NCBI GenBank assembly: GCA_001179505.1
Contig: CDMY01000040.1
Coordinates: 141,155 to 205,154, forward strand
Direction: 5' to 3'
From: Vitrella brassicaformis CCMP3155
Taxonomy: Eukaryota > Protista > Chromerida
Length of the DNA stretch: 64,000 nucleotides
The notes beneath the pieces were generated by a model. It did not search any database. It was not told the DNA's origin and saw only the letters and a list, made by a program, of their open reading frames with translations. Positions 25,601 through 37,111 of this stretch are shown piece by piece. The position numbers and the translations under genes were made by a program. Within the stretch, counting starts at the first letter, position 1. Each line of letters begins with the position of its first letter.

Positions 25601-25940
25601 TAGGCACCCTTGAGCACCATCGCATACACGACCGCAGCCACGCCGGCGCCAACAGCCACAGCCACCTGGCCGCCCCCGAGCTTGTCCATGGCCCCCTCGA
25701 AGACACGCTGCCGAACCAGCACGTAAAAGCATATCATACAAACGGAGAAGGGGTAGAAGGATGCTGGCGGGGGCGGCACCGAGAAAGATGTGAAACCCGA
25801 GACCCATCAGCATGCCGATTTCTCGAGAGAGCGCTCGAACCAGAAGCACGCCGAGATGGCCGTCTCGCCAACAAGAGCGCCCCAATCTGCGTGGCGCAGC
25901 AAGAACACATGCAGTCTCTTCATCTGTTCCTGACTGGTCG
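22623..25940. mobile_element. Candidate 3.3 kb inserted or captured segment between the 254-bp direct repeats
   Basis: Flanked by near-identical duplicated host sequence. Carries an NTPase-nuclease gene with a 1.9 kb uninterrupted exon and a degenerate gene fragment. No TIR, LTR, RT or transposase seen, so mobility is inferred only. Confidence 0.4.
22769..25014 (+). CDS. P-loop NTPase plus PD-(D/E)XK (QxK-type) nuclease, Crinkler/RHS-like architecture, with N-terminal signal-peptide-like leader; 694 aa, join(22769..22964,23126..25014)
   Basis: Walker A variant RFSRGGKT (23365-23388), PITFND, Walker B LMIDE (23671-23685), C-terminal PTHLQFEGHD...GYQCKQG (D at 24634-24636, QCK at 24688-24696). 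The 161-nt repeat-rich intron gag|gtgcgt...tgcag|gt joins in phase 1. Confidence 0.75.
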
Positions 25941-26128
25941 CGGCCAGTCAGGAAGAGGCTATATCCCTCTCTCGCCAGCAGCTTCGCCGTGGCCTCCCCG
26001 ATGCCGCTGCTCGCACCTGCATGCATGAAAACACACACACTCAGTGACACGCAGTGAGATCTCAGGTGGACCCTTGCTGTGTAATGCAACGCAGGCGGCA
26101 CCGCACCTGTGATGAGCGCATACTTCAT
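25487..26128 (-). pseudogene. Truncated SDR copy (MKYALITG|ASSGIG...LFLTGR) fused to a degenerate hydrophobic coding fragment
   Basis: Identical SDR N-terminus up to 25941, then unrelated hydrophobic stretches in changing frames (IGMLMGLGFHIFLGAAPASILLPLL; VAVAVGAGVAAVVYAMVLKG; YNLFPVFVTWVVTVAICQL). Confidence 0.7.
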
Positions 26129-26194
26129 CGCTTTTCTTTCCTGACACGAAGCAGAGAGAGCTCACACACATGCGTGGGAGAGCGAGGGTCAGAC
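25941..26194. repeat. 254-bp direct repeat, copy 2
   Basis: Matches 22369-22622. Confidence 0.95.
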
Positions 26195-26461
26195 CTGCAA
26201 GGCAATCTTCTCATGACTCAGATCTGCGTCAGTTCAAGATGATGCGACAGCTCCGGATCTGTCCCAACATGAAAACACGCACCCAAACATGCAACACAGA
26301 CAGCAGCGGGGCAGCTGCGTCGGGGCTTCAGGGGCCGAACTGCGAGCTAACGTAAAAGGGTTAAACCTTTACCCTAGGCGCACAATACCGAGCGCATCAG
26401 ACGTCTGATCTCCGACTTACTTACGGCGTCAGTGGCTTTCCTCTGCTCGTCCAACAGCATC
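26195..26461. promoter_or_regulatory. Likely bidirectional promoter between the SDR 5' end (minus) and the FAM161-like gene (plus)
   Basis: Short (~270 bp) head-to-head spacer containing the telo-box-like aaagggttaaacctttaccctagg. Confidence 0.35.
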
Positions 26462-29400
26462 ATGCGAGAAGCATCAGCAGCAGAGGGCAGTTTGGAGCAG
26501 AGGACGGCACGAATAGAGCGCCACGTTCAGGAACTCAGGCAGCAGTGCCAGCAGCTGCAGCATGACGTCGTGCAGGCGAGGGAAGACTCATTCAACGTCC
26601 TCACCGATGCGCGCAGACCCGCCCCAGCCCTTATTCCATCCAATGGCGGCCGAGTGGACTTCGAAAAGTACCTGCGGACACTGCTGGAGAGCAGCCAGAG
26701 GCAAACAGGACAGCTTCAGACATCGCAGCCGTCATCGGGAGTGGGAGTTCTGAGTGGCGCAGCGACCAACCCTTATGAGCCCCTTCCGCCCAGCACACAC
26801 GCTGCCCACGCGGCTTCCGCTTCCGTGGCTGTGACTGGGTCTATCCGCGTGGCGCCATGTCCCCCTTCCCAGCGCATTGTCCGTGATGCGTATACCCAGA
26901 CCCCTCCCCTCTCACCTCGCCCTGCCCCTCGACCACATGCGCCGGCTGCGCATGCTCGTCCGTCCTCCTCTCCCCAGAGCGACACCGAGGCCGTCTCCTC
27001 ATCGCAGGTCGGTCGGGAGAGGCCGTCCATGCCCCTGCTGCCCCCCAAGCGCACCTCCCCCCCTCGGCCGGCCTCTCCGCCCGCCCCCGCATCCAAGAAG
27101 AAGGGCGGTGGCGGCATGTATGCCGCCCAGTACGGGCTCAAGGACCACGTGAGTACCGGTGCAGCGTTTGGGAGGAGCCAGGGGGCGGAGGCGCTGCGTG
27201 TCATGGGGAGAAACGTGTCACCGGGGAGGCCTCCTGCGAGCACCGCAGGGGCGCTCAGACCCGCTGCTGTTGAGGTGCCGTCGACCGTTGCTTCCATCCC
27301 ATGTCAGCCGGCGGAAGTTAAACGAGACCAAGGGGCGAGTACAGAGGGGCAGCAGGGAGGGCCGGGCGTGTTGGTGCCAGAGATAATAGTGGCTGCCCCA
27401 GCCGCCGTTATCGACCAGGTAGAGCAACACCCCCACCGCGAGCAAGAAGCGCAAGATCCCCGCGTGACGGCTCAGCCAATCGACGCGTCTGCTGAGCCAA
27501 TCCCTGAAATCGTCCACGCGCCGATTGCTGCTGATGCGACCGTCGAGAGACCGTCAGCCGATGCTGGGGCACAGCAGGGCGGCGCCGGCAAGCAGCCAGT
27601 GGTAGATGAGGGGACGCGGGGAGGCGTCGACACGGCCGATGTTGGTGCTAGTGTTAGTGTTAGTGTTGGTGGCGATGGTAGCGAGCTGGTGGATCTTGGA
27701 GGTTTGGGCACCCGTCATCTGGCGTCGGGTGGACTGGAGAAGGAGAGGGCCATCGGACCTCTGCACTTGGAGAGAATGAAACAGGTGGGGAGTGACACAG
27801 ACGTCCGCACATTAGTGCTTTGTCTCGCCTTTGTGTATGCCTGCCTGCCTGGCTGCCTCCCTGCATGCCTGCATGCTATGTCAGGTGTTCCATCGCATTG
27901 ACTTCAACGGGGAGGATTCGGTGCTGCCGTATGTCTTCACGTCAGCACTGCGCGCCGGTGAGGGACGGAAGAACGATGCCGAATAGATGGATGGACGTTG
28001 ACGCACCCCACCTTCTGTGTGTCCTTTTCAGACCCTGACATGGCGCAGTGGGGCTCCCTAGACGTGATATCGGAGCACCGCGATCACAAGACCACTTTCG
28101 AACAGGTACGGAAGGCATCCATAATGCTATCGTGCGTCGGTATGCACACCTGATCCGTTCCCTGTTCCCATCAGGCACTGCGGTATGTCGATGCCCTCAA
28201 TCTGCCTCGTCTGTCATGGGCATCGTTCACAGCCAACCTCACCCAGGCAGCCGTCGACTCACCTCTACCAGCCACGTCGCAGGCCATGCATCCGCCAGCT
28301 GGCGATTCCCGCGAACCCCCGCCCCATTTCGGCGTCGAGGACGGCACCCATGGAGAGGAGAAGGCGACCCCTGTGAATGATGGGGCGGCGCTGCCCCCCC
28401 TGCCATTCGACAGTGACAAGAACCCACAACTCGCCATCCGATGGATGGAGCAGAACCTAGGTGAGCCGCGGAGGGAGGGAAGCGCGAGGAACAAGACACG
28501 CAGGCGGGAGAATGTCCTCTATACTTTGGGTGCAGGCGTGGATGGGTCGACGCTGCACCGTCTGTTCGACGTGTTCAAGCACCTGAGGGTGCCCCCCGAG
28601 TCGTCGTGCATCAAGACGGAGCGGTTTTTGCGCAGCCTGGACCTCAACACCAAGCTGCGGGCGCAGCTGTTCCTCAAGCCCATCTTCATGCCGGGTCGTG
28701 ACCTGGGTCCCCAGCCAGAGGCGAGGGGGCAGCGGGGGCTGTGGCCGGACAGGGAAGGCCCCGTGTGGGCGGAACTCATACCCGCCATCAACCGCATGGA
28801 CAAACAGGTCCGTCAAGAGCGCGCAAAAGAGAAGAAAATGGAACGAAAAACGTGTCTGCATGTTGGTTTTCCTGCCGTCCATCAGGACCTGTATTGGTCA
28901 GACATCATCCACATCGTGCGGACCAAGAAGGCCGACCCCCGCCCAGATGTCCACCGCCCCTTGCCCCAATCACCGCCCCCACCCCCACCAGCACCGGAAG
29001 AGCAGGCGGCGTCGCCCTTGTCTTTCGTGCAGGAGATCGCCTCAAAGATCGAGGGCGCGTTTGACATGGTGGCCCAATCGGTGCCCCCGCCCCCAGAGCT
29101 GCCCACTCGCAATGCCATCACCGACGTCCCCGCTCGGGTATCCGACAGAGGGCAGCCGCAGACACGGCCATCGGCTGCCGGCCGTCCGCTTTCCGCCGAC
29201 GTGTCGCCATCCAAGACACTGGAGTTCACCGTGGAGCTCGGTACAGACTTCCAGTCGTTCATGAGCGGCCACGACATGAACGAGTGGCGTCTTCGGCTCC
29301 ACCTGGCGGACTTTCTCGGCGTCTCGCCGACTCTCGTCCACTGCCAGGGGGTCACTGCGGGCGCCGGAGAGGTCTTCGCCGCGGCGGCGTCGCCATCGAC

Positions 29401-32400
29401 CCTCATGACCTTCACCGTCCACCCAGAAGCGCACCTGGACCGGCACACGCTCACAGGGCGGCTGCAGGGCCAGGAGAAGGCAATTGAGCGGGAGATCGAG
29501 CACCCTATTCTGCACATCTCGATGCCCGTGGAGGCCCCGGCGTCGCGGCCGCCGTCTGTGGTGGTGGGGGAGCCCGAGAGGGGGCCGAGGGGCGAGGTGG
29601 GGTCGATCCTGACGCAGCGGGGTAGAGGGGTCCCCCCGACAGCATGGGATGAGAGAGAGGAGGAGGAATACAGGAGGTGACCATGACATGACATGGCATG
29701 CACAAACAGCCGGGACTATCCCCTTCTCATCAAACTGTGTGAGTTTTTGCTTTCAGGTGGCGGGCTGCCCGTCGGGAGAAGCAGCGGCAGGAGGGCGGGG
29801 CCGTCCGTGTGGGATCGGCCCGCATGTCGCCACGTCCGAAAGGGAGCGCAAGAGACGGCCACAACGCCCACCGCCCCTCGTCGGTGCGTGAGAGGAGCGT
29901 CACAGGCGGTTCGCAGAGGCAGCGTGTGACGGTGCCACAGCCGTTCACTTTTGAGGTCCGTGAGGCGGCTAACAAGAGGCGGCAGCAGATACTGATGAAG
30001 CGCAGAGAGGTGGGAATGAGGGCGGGGAGGCAGGTGGACGGTGTATGTGTATTTGTATACGTGTGAATGAATGACTACAGTTGGAGGAAGAGCGTCGTCA
30101 GCGCGCCGAGGACGAAGCCCTCAAACACCAGCGGCCATTCCACGCAAACCCCGTGCCGCCGAGCGTACACGTACCCAGATACGAAGCCATCCCAGTGAGC
30201 ACCTCCCTCCACGAACAGACATGCCTTCAGTCATCCAGATCCGTCTGTCTCTCCATGTCTCACCTGCAGGCTACCGAGGGGCGGCGTCACGTGCGTGGCG
30301 AGGGGCGCGTGGTGCCCCCGAGCAGTGACATGACCACCTTCCCTGAGAGAGAGGAAGAGAGGTACCGCAGCGGCGGCAGGAGCAGGGACAGGCGGGCTGT
30401 GCAGTCCCCCTCCACGCCGCCCTTGCCGGCGCACCGCTTCCGGGCCAACCCGGTGCCCCTCGTCGTCACCACGCCGCTCTACCAGCGAATGAATGACCAG
30501 AAAGGTACAAACATACACACTCGAGACCGATCGCAGCTCGCGACTGGGACTCTCTCTCCCCTTTTGTGTGTGTTGGTTGCACTGCAGAGCGTGCGCGTCG
30601 CGAGCGTGTGTCGAAGCGGCGGGAGGAGGTCATGCGAACTTCCAGAATGCCGCCCAGGATGGAGCAGCGATACCGGGAAGAAATGTATGTGCGGATGCAT
30701 GAGCATATGAGCACAGCACAACGTACGTATGCGTACCGCTCCTTTTTCCCCTCCATATGTCAGGGCAAAGCGGGGCCTGACATCCCCTGAGCAGCCGCCC
30801 CCGCCCCCAAGCACCCATGCACCCCCCGTCGTCCCTCACACGCCCCCCCGCCCCCACCGCCCAGCACGCGCCGCCCATATGGACGTGCCCATCTCTCTCT
30901 CCCCATCGCCCGTCCGCTCTCCCGTCATCGAGCAGACGCGGCCATACACCACACATGGGCAGCCACGACCCTCATCCCCGCCACCAGCGGCAGCAGGAGC
31001 AGCAATACGAGATGCGGACGACAGGGCAATGGCGATGTTGCTGGCGGATGGCGGCGACCGTGGCAGTGGCGTGGAAGTGGGATTGGGAGCGGGAGGGCTG
31101 CCCGCCCACACCCAGTCGCTCACGCTTTTGCCGGGACGCGACGATGCACTCGGTCAGTGAGTGAGGGAGCGATTGATGATTGTACCAACGGCCTGCCTGC
31201 ACCCTGCATACCTATGTGTGGGTCTCTCTCTCTTGTATCACTTCCTCCCTCCCTACCATGTCAGGTGTGTCGTCAGCGCCTCCCCGCAGCGCCACCCCCC
31301 CTCCCTCCTTCGACCGCCAAATGCACACGCCAACCCACACGCGTCAGTGGTATCAATACTCGACCACCGAGGTTCCCGACTTCCCCGCACTCCACCAGCG
31401 CTTCCAAGACGCGCTGGACCGGCGGGCACAGAGGCACCCGCCCACGCACCCACTGCCATTCGTTTTCCAGCACGACTTAGAGCCAATGCGGCAGCAGCAG
31501 CAGCAGCCACGCAGAGAGGGTGGTCGTGGGGCTGCGTTGGTGCCTTCGTCGGTGCGTCAGGGGACTGCGGAGAGGGAGCCGTCACGCTCGCCGGAGAAGA
31601 CGCGACACGCGAGGCTGCCAGATGCCAGCAGCAGGTGGGTGGGTGGGTGAGTGAGAGTGAGTATGCGGCGTGCGTGTTCCCACATCAATGTATGTGTCTG
31701 GATGGTCTGTCTGTCTGTCTGTCACCAGGACCACATTGAAGCTGCAGGCCGCCCAGCAACGGGTGCAGGCATCACTGAGGCAGCGACAGAGCGAAGAGGA
31801 GGGGCGCAAGCAGGAGCTGGTCAGCCATCCGACCGACCGACCGACACGCACTCACTGCATGAATGCATGTATGTATCTATGCATGTCGTCTGTCTTCCCT
31901 CTATGTGTGACGGACGGCTTGCTGCAGGCGATGCGTCAGCTTGCGACTCGCCGGGGCTCTCCCCAGCTGCGCAATCGGCTGCACCAGGCGCTCAGGGAGA
32001 CCTTCGGACCGATGGACCACACCAGAGACCAACACCTGTACGCTCACAGTCGTCTCCCTCACACCCACCCGACCGGCTGTGTGTTCTGTTACCATTATGA
32101 TGCCTTGCTTCGTTCATGCAGGTACGACGAGCGTTACCACAAGAGTCTCGATGAGGTGCGCTCGCGTGGCGAGGAGTGGAAGCAGCGGCTCAGGGACATT
32201 AAGCAGAGGGTCGCCAACAGACCTCTGCTCATGACCAGGCAAGGCAACACCCACATGACATGCACACAGACACACACCCACCCCTATGCTTTCATCCATC
32301 GATCGCTATGGTGGAGTGGGGGCAGATCTGCTCGTGTCATGTGAGGCGCATGTATGTGGGTGTGCGCAGGACCCAGTTGGAGGCGTCCAAGCGGCGGTCT

Positions 32401-32969
32401 CGTGCGCGTGCGTTGCTCAAGGTGCGGGACACCCTCAAGAACACCGGCCTCTCCGACAAGGAAATCGAGCGGTCCACACCCAATTATCCCATCTCACTCA
32501 CAGCACAGAGACGACGTGCGTTTCTCCGATTGTTGTATGCATGTGGTTTGGTTCCTGCAGGCATTTCAACGAGGAGGAGGAGTACCTCATGAGCGCCGAA
32601 GAGGCTGCGAGTAGCAAATACCCCACCCCGGCTCTCAATCAGATGCCACCGTCTTCGCCCCCTCCCATGCTCACACAACAGGACGATCAGTTGCAGCCCG
32701 AGGACCACCACGCCCACGCCCCAGTAGCAACAGCAGCAGCAGTGGCGGGAGGCGATGAGCGTGCAGCGGCAGGGGATGCCTTGGCTGGCGACTATGAGGT
32801 TCGGGTGGAGGGGCAGCTGTCGACCGAGTACCATGACGATTTCGAGCCGCCTGACGAGCAGCAGCATGACGTCGGACAGCCGGCTGTGACGATGGGAGAG
32901 TGGCTTAGAGAAGGTGTGGCGGAGCAGCAGGGTGATGATGCCGTCTTGGGGTCGCTGCTGACTCCATAG
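26462..32969 (+). CDS. FAM161: FAM161 (UPF0564)-family microtubule/centriole-cilium protein
   Basis: Family-typical motifs across exons: VTVPQPFTFEVRE, RPFHANPVPPSV, HRFRANPVPLVV, SRMPPRME, PDFPALHQRFQ, KQRVANRPLLM. N-terminal coiled coil and Pro-rich region; final exon stops at 32969. Confidence 0.8.
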
Positions 32970-33375
32970 ACAGACAGACAGACAGACAAAACACATGGAG
33001 TTGTGTGGGTGTGAGCGACAGGCATGGGCGAGGAAGTGAGTGCGGCGGGTGGGTCGGTAGGTGGGTGTCGGTGATTCCGATCCCCTGTCTGGCGAGACAT
33101 CAGTCATGTTAGTTCGTTAATGTACGTGTGGATAGCGATAGATGGGCTGGACTGCTGTCGTGGGTGTGTGTGGCTGCATGCATGTACGCTGGCCTGCCTG
33201 CTTGCATGTCACATGGCACGACGAGCTTTTCACCTCACTCACGTTAAGAAGAGCTCGATTAAGGACACTGTTCCGATTTCTCTCCAGGTGATCTGATCCA
33301 CCATGATGACCATGCCCAGGCACACGGTGTGCCTGCTTCCGTGCACACTCATGAATCTGCCTCGCCCGCTGTCCA

Positions 33376-33960
33376 TCATCTCTCAGGAAACCACTGGTCA
33401 CGAAGAGCGATGGGTACAGTCCTGGCTCTTCCCAGGGGCATGGGTTTGTTTCGCCCTGTGTGCATACACTCGTCTGTGGTCCGTGTGTCTGGGTGTGCTC
33501 GGTCGGGGCTGTGGACTGTTGTGGGCGTCTTTTTCTGGCCGTCGGCCCACCGTATCGTTTTACGTCGCCCGACTGGTGGGCGCGGCGATGCCTCACATCC
33601 CTCCGGGGTTACAGACACGAGTCTCGTTAAACACACTAACCAACCAACTAACATCATGTCCATGGCGGCTTTGTGGCACCCTTGTCATGATATCCAGGTA
33701 CGTGTATCGGACACGGACATGCTGGTGCTGCATTTCACCTCTCTCATGTGCTGTGTACAGTGATGGTGTCGTGATGTGATGCCGCCTGTCCCTCCCGCCG
33801 GCCGTTTTGGCCTTGGCACTTGGTACGGTTGCACCCACTGCACCCACACATCGCCCATTGGCATGTGGATCTGTGTGTCAGTGGCTTGTGCTGCCCATGT
33901 GCTGCCCACGGGTGACGGCTGGTCGGTGTGCGGTGTGTGTGACAGTTCGTCTACCTGAGG
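33376..33960 (-). CDS. Small hypothetical multi-exon protein
   Basis: Exon-like blocks GAVGATVPSAKAKTAGGRDRR, EGCEASPRPPVGRRKTIRWADGQKKTPTTVHSP and RNKPMPLGRARTVPIALRDQWFPER*. Confidence 0.3.
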
Positions 33961-34421
33961 GACTCCGTCACTGATATTGGGTAGGTTGGCACCTACCGAC
34001 CATCACTCTTTCGGTGCATGCATGGATCTCTTCCTTTTGCTGCTGTGTGTATCCATCCTTTTCAGTGTGTGCTCGTTGGTCCGTGTGGTTGTCGTTGGCT
34101 TTTCGCATCCACCTCCCACACGCTCTGGGTACGTTCTTCGGACCCACACACACACTACATACACACACTCGCTACATGCGGACCTCTGTGGATGTGGTGC
34201 TGCGTGTGTGTATGGCGTGTGGACTCAGGTGTGTTTGTTTGTCTGTCTGTTCGTTTGTGTGGCTCGGGTTCGTTGCGTTTGGTTGGGTTGATTACATCAA
34301 CGTTGAGCATCCGGTGATTGATCCTCATTCACAGCCGCATCTCGGCACTCCCACTTACCACTCATGGACCTCAGCATCTACTTACGATATGGCGACCACG
34401 ACAAAAGTGTCGGCCTGACTC

Positions 34422-37111
34422 ATGTCTGACCACTTTTGTCAGGCCGCCCAGGACTCTCAGTCCGGTGGCCCTTTCGACTCAGCTTCTCGTGGGACGTCTG
34501 AGGCGCTAGGCGCACTCGAACTAGATCAACCCACCGGTGCGGCTGCAGAATCATCTCGACTGACAGCTGTGGAGAACCAACAGCTTCAGTCCCTGTTGGG
34601 TAAGCAGTCTACGCATCAGCAGCGGGACCCACTAGCCTCCTCACCCACCGGTGAGGATGGCGTGGCCACGGAGCTGGCCGGCAGCTCATGCGCCCACCCA
34701 GTGCCGGCTATCCAACCATTGTCACACCTTCCCTCGTCCACTTCCCCTCCCCCGCCCCATCCCCCTACGCTCACTCCCTCCTTTCCCCCAGGCGTCACTC
34801 TGTTGGGGCGCGTATGCCTGCTGGTTGGGCTGCAGCTACTATTGGTATGCTGCCTGGTGGGAGTGATGGTGTTCTGCCCTGGGTGGAGCTGGGGAAGGTG
34901 TCAGGATGATAGGTCCTGGTGGGGGCTGGACGTGAATCAGTGGAAGGGGCGTTGTGTGGGGGAGATCCGTCCGAGAGCTGGTCTCGACTCGGCTCCCCTG
35001 CCCTCTCTCTCTAGTCCACCCACCCCATCACTGGCAGCCACCAGTCCGTCGCTCGTCATCCCCTCTCCTCGTGTTCTGGGAGGCCTGGCTGGAGCGACCA
35101 GTGGTATCGTGTCTGGTGGAGAATCGTTGCTCGCCGCGGACCTGACGGCTGGAGCGGCGTCTCGGGGTTTATCTGGAGCGGCGCAAGCTGGCGGAGTAGG
35201 AGTGGGGGCGGTTGTTGTCAACCCATCGAGTGGTGACGGCCCCTCTCTGCCACCTGCGTCGTCTGCGCCTCCTCCATCTGCCCCTAGCGGTGTGAACGGT
35301 TCGTCGCAGCCGCGTGGGTCCTTTCGCGAATCCCTGGTCGCTCGTGTGTTGCCTGGGGATGTCGTGGTTCCGGCTTCGGACCGGGATATTGCAGGTTCGG
35401 GTCCTGTCGTGGTTTCGTCGTCAGCTCGTGATTCCGCATCATCGTTGGCTGAGAACGTGTCTTCGTCTGAGGGTCTCGTGTTGAGTACTGGCGTCTCGGC
35501 CTCGACTGCTGGTCTCGTTTTGGAGCCTTCTCTCGACTTCTCGTCCGGTGAGGGTCCGTCTGAAGGTACTGCTTTGCCATCGTTGCCCATCGCTGATAGC
35601 GGCAACGAGGAAGGCAGCATTGTTGGCCCCAGTGACCTGCCTGATCCTGAGTCGCTCGACGTCGACGGCTTTTGCGGCTGGGCTGCCGTTGAGAGCCAGC
35701 CTGCTGTGTCGTCTTCGTTGGGTCAGGGGGGCGGTCTGGGAGTGTCTGGTGTCGGACGGGCGGCTGATCGTCGCTCTCCGCCCGCCCGTCAGTCTGTTGT
35801 CGCTGGTGCGGGCCACTCTGCTACTGGTGGCCATGGTGGGGGCGTATTTGCTGTCCCTGCTGTTGAGTTGGGTGTTTTGGTGGTCCGAGTTATCCGAGTG
35901 GATCTTCTACGGATCGGCGGAGTAGCGGTGCGGCTGCGGCAGCTGTGGGTGACGAGGCTGGCGGTGCACGTCCCATTCGCACTGTCGCCAACCTGCTCTA
36001 TGGCGTCTCCTCTACGGCTGACGAGAGCCTCGCGTCTACTGCAGCGACGGCTGGTTCTTTTGAGTCTGGTGCGGCTGACGGGGATGGCCCTGTCGCCACC
36101 AGATCACCCCACCCACCCGCCCGCCCGCTTCGGGAGCACTTTGTCGCTCACGAGTTGCGTTTTCGTTCGGTCATCAACGATTCCGTCCCCTTCAATCCAA
36201 GTCCCCTCTCCCGGTTCCCCGGCCTCCCGTCTGTTCGTCTGCCTCCGCCACTGGTGCGTGATAGGCATGGTCGCGGTGCTGGTGGGGGCAATGGTGGGGG
36301 TGGTGTTGAGAGTGGTTTGGGTGCCGCTGACGTTAAGGGGCATGATGGGAAGGTTGAGAGTGCCCGGGTCAACGCTCAGGCCACTGCAGGAAATGCCGCT
36401 GCCGGTTTCGGTGCTGGTGGCCTCTCGGCCCGTGTTGATGCGGGTGTTGGAGCTCTTGACCAACTCGACACTCAGGCTACTGGAGAAGGTGCCGCTGCCC
36501 GTCATGGTGCTGGTGGCCCTCCGGTGCGTGTTGAGGCGGCTGCCCAACTCAATGCGACTGCTGGAAGAGGAGATGCCGCCGCCCACCCTGGTGCTGGTGG
36601 GCCCTCGGCCCGTGTTGATGCGGGTGTAAGAGCTCTTGACCAACCTGCCCCTGATCTTTTCGTTCGTTCGTCTCGTCGACTTGACCGTCCAGCGGAAACT
36701 CAGTTGTCTGTTTTGGATCGTCAGTCTCTGGGTGTCGCTTCTGGGTCTCGTCCTCGTCCTGGGCCTCGTACTCGTTCTCATGGGAGTCAGCTTGTTGGTG
36801 GTGTTGGTGCTGGGGAGCAGTGTGTCCCCGTCCGTCTGTCTAAGAGAGATGCTGTCGACCAGCCGGCCTCGCCCGACCATCCTGGTCCTTGTGTCGACGT
36901 ATCACGCCTGACTCAGCCGAATGGCGGCGGCCCCCCGCGTCCCTTTGGTGCTGGTGGTGTCGTTCATATGGGTCAAGGTGATGAGCATGTCGACTTCGAG
37001 GACGTCAATGAGGGTGGTGTTGCTGGGCTTCTCGATGGTGGCGGCCCTCTCGCCTTCGGTGGTTTTGCTGATGCTTCTCATGTGGACGAGCCGCACGGGA
37101 AGTTTTTCTGA
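34422..37111 (+). CDS. Intronless Ser/Gly/Ala-rich low-complexity ORF pair with one TM-like segment and an apparent frame change near 35870
   Basis: ORF 34422-36629 and ORF 35945-37111 overlap. Hydrophobic VTLLGRVCLLVGLQLLLVCCLVGVMVF near the N-terminus. No intron-type microsatellites across 2.7 kb. Confidence 0.45.
36380..36646 (+). repeat. Three degenerate ~90-bp tandem units inside the long ORF
   Basis: ggtgctggtgg-c-ctc...cgtgttga-gcgg occurs three times; peptides are GAGGLSARVDAGVGALDQ, GAGGPPVRVEAAAQLN and GAGGPSARVDAGVRALDQ. Confidence 0.8.

Noticed and set aside
22623-25940. Helitron or DDE transposon identity for the cassette
   Set aside because: No Rep/helicase or DDE motifs, terminal inverted repeats, or TC...CTRR ends were visible.
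22369-26194. 254-bp direct repeats as LTRs of a retrotransposon
   Set aside because: The repeats are host SDR exon and intron sequence. There is no TG...CA, PBS, PPT, RT, RNase H or integrase between them.
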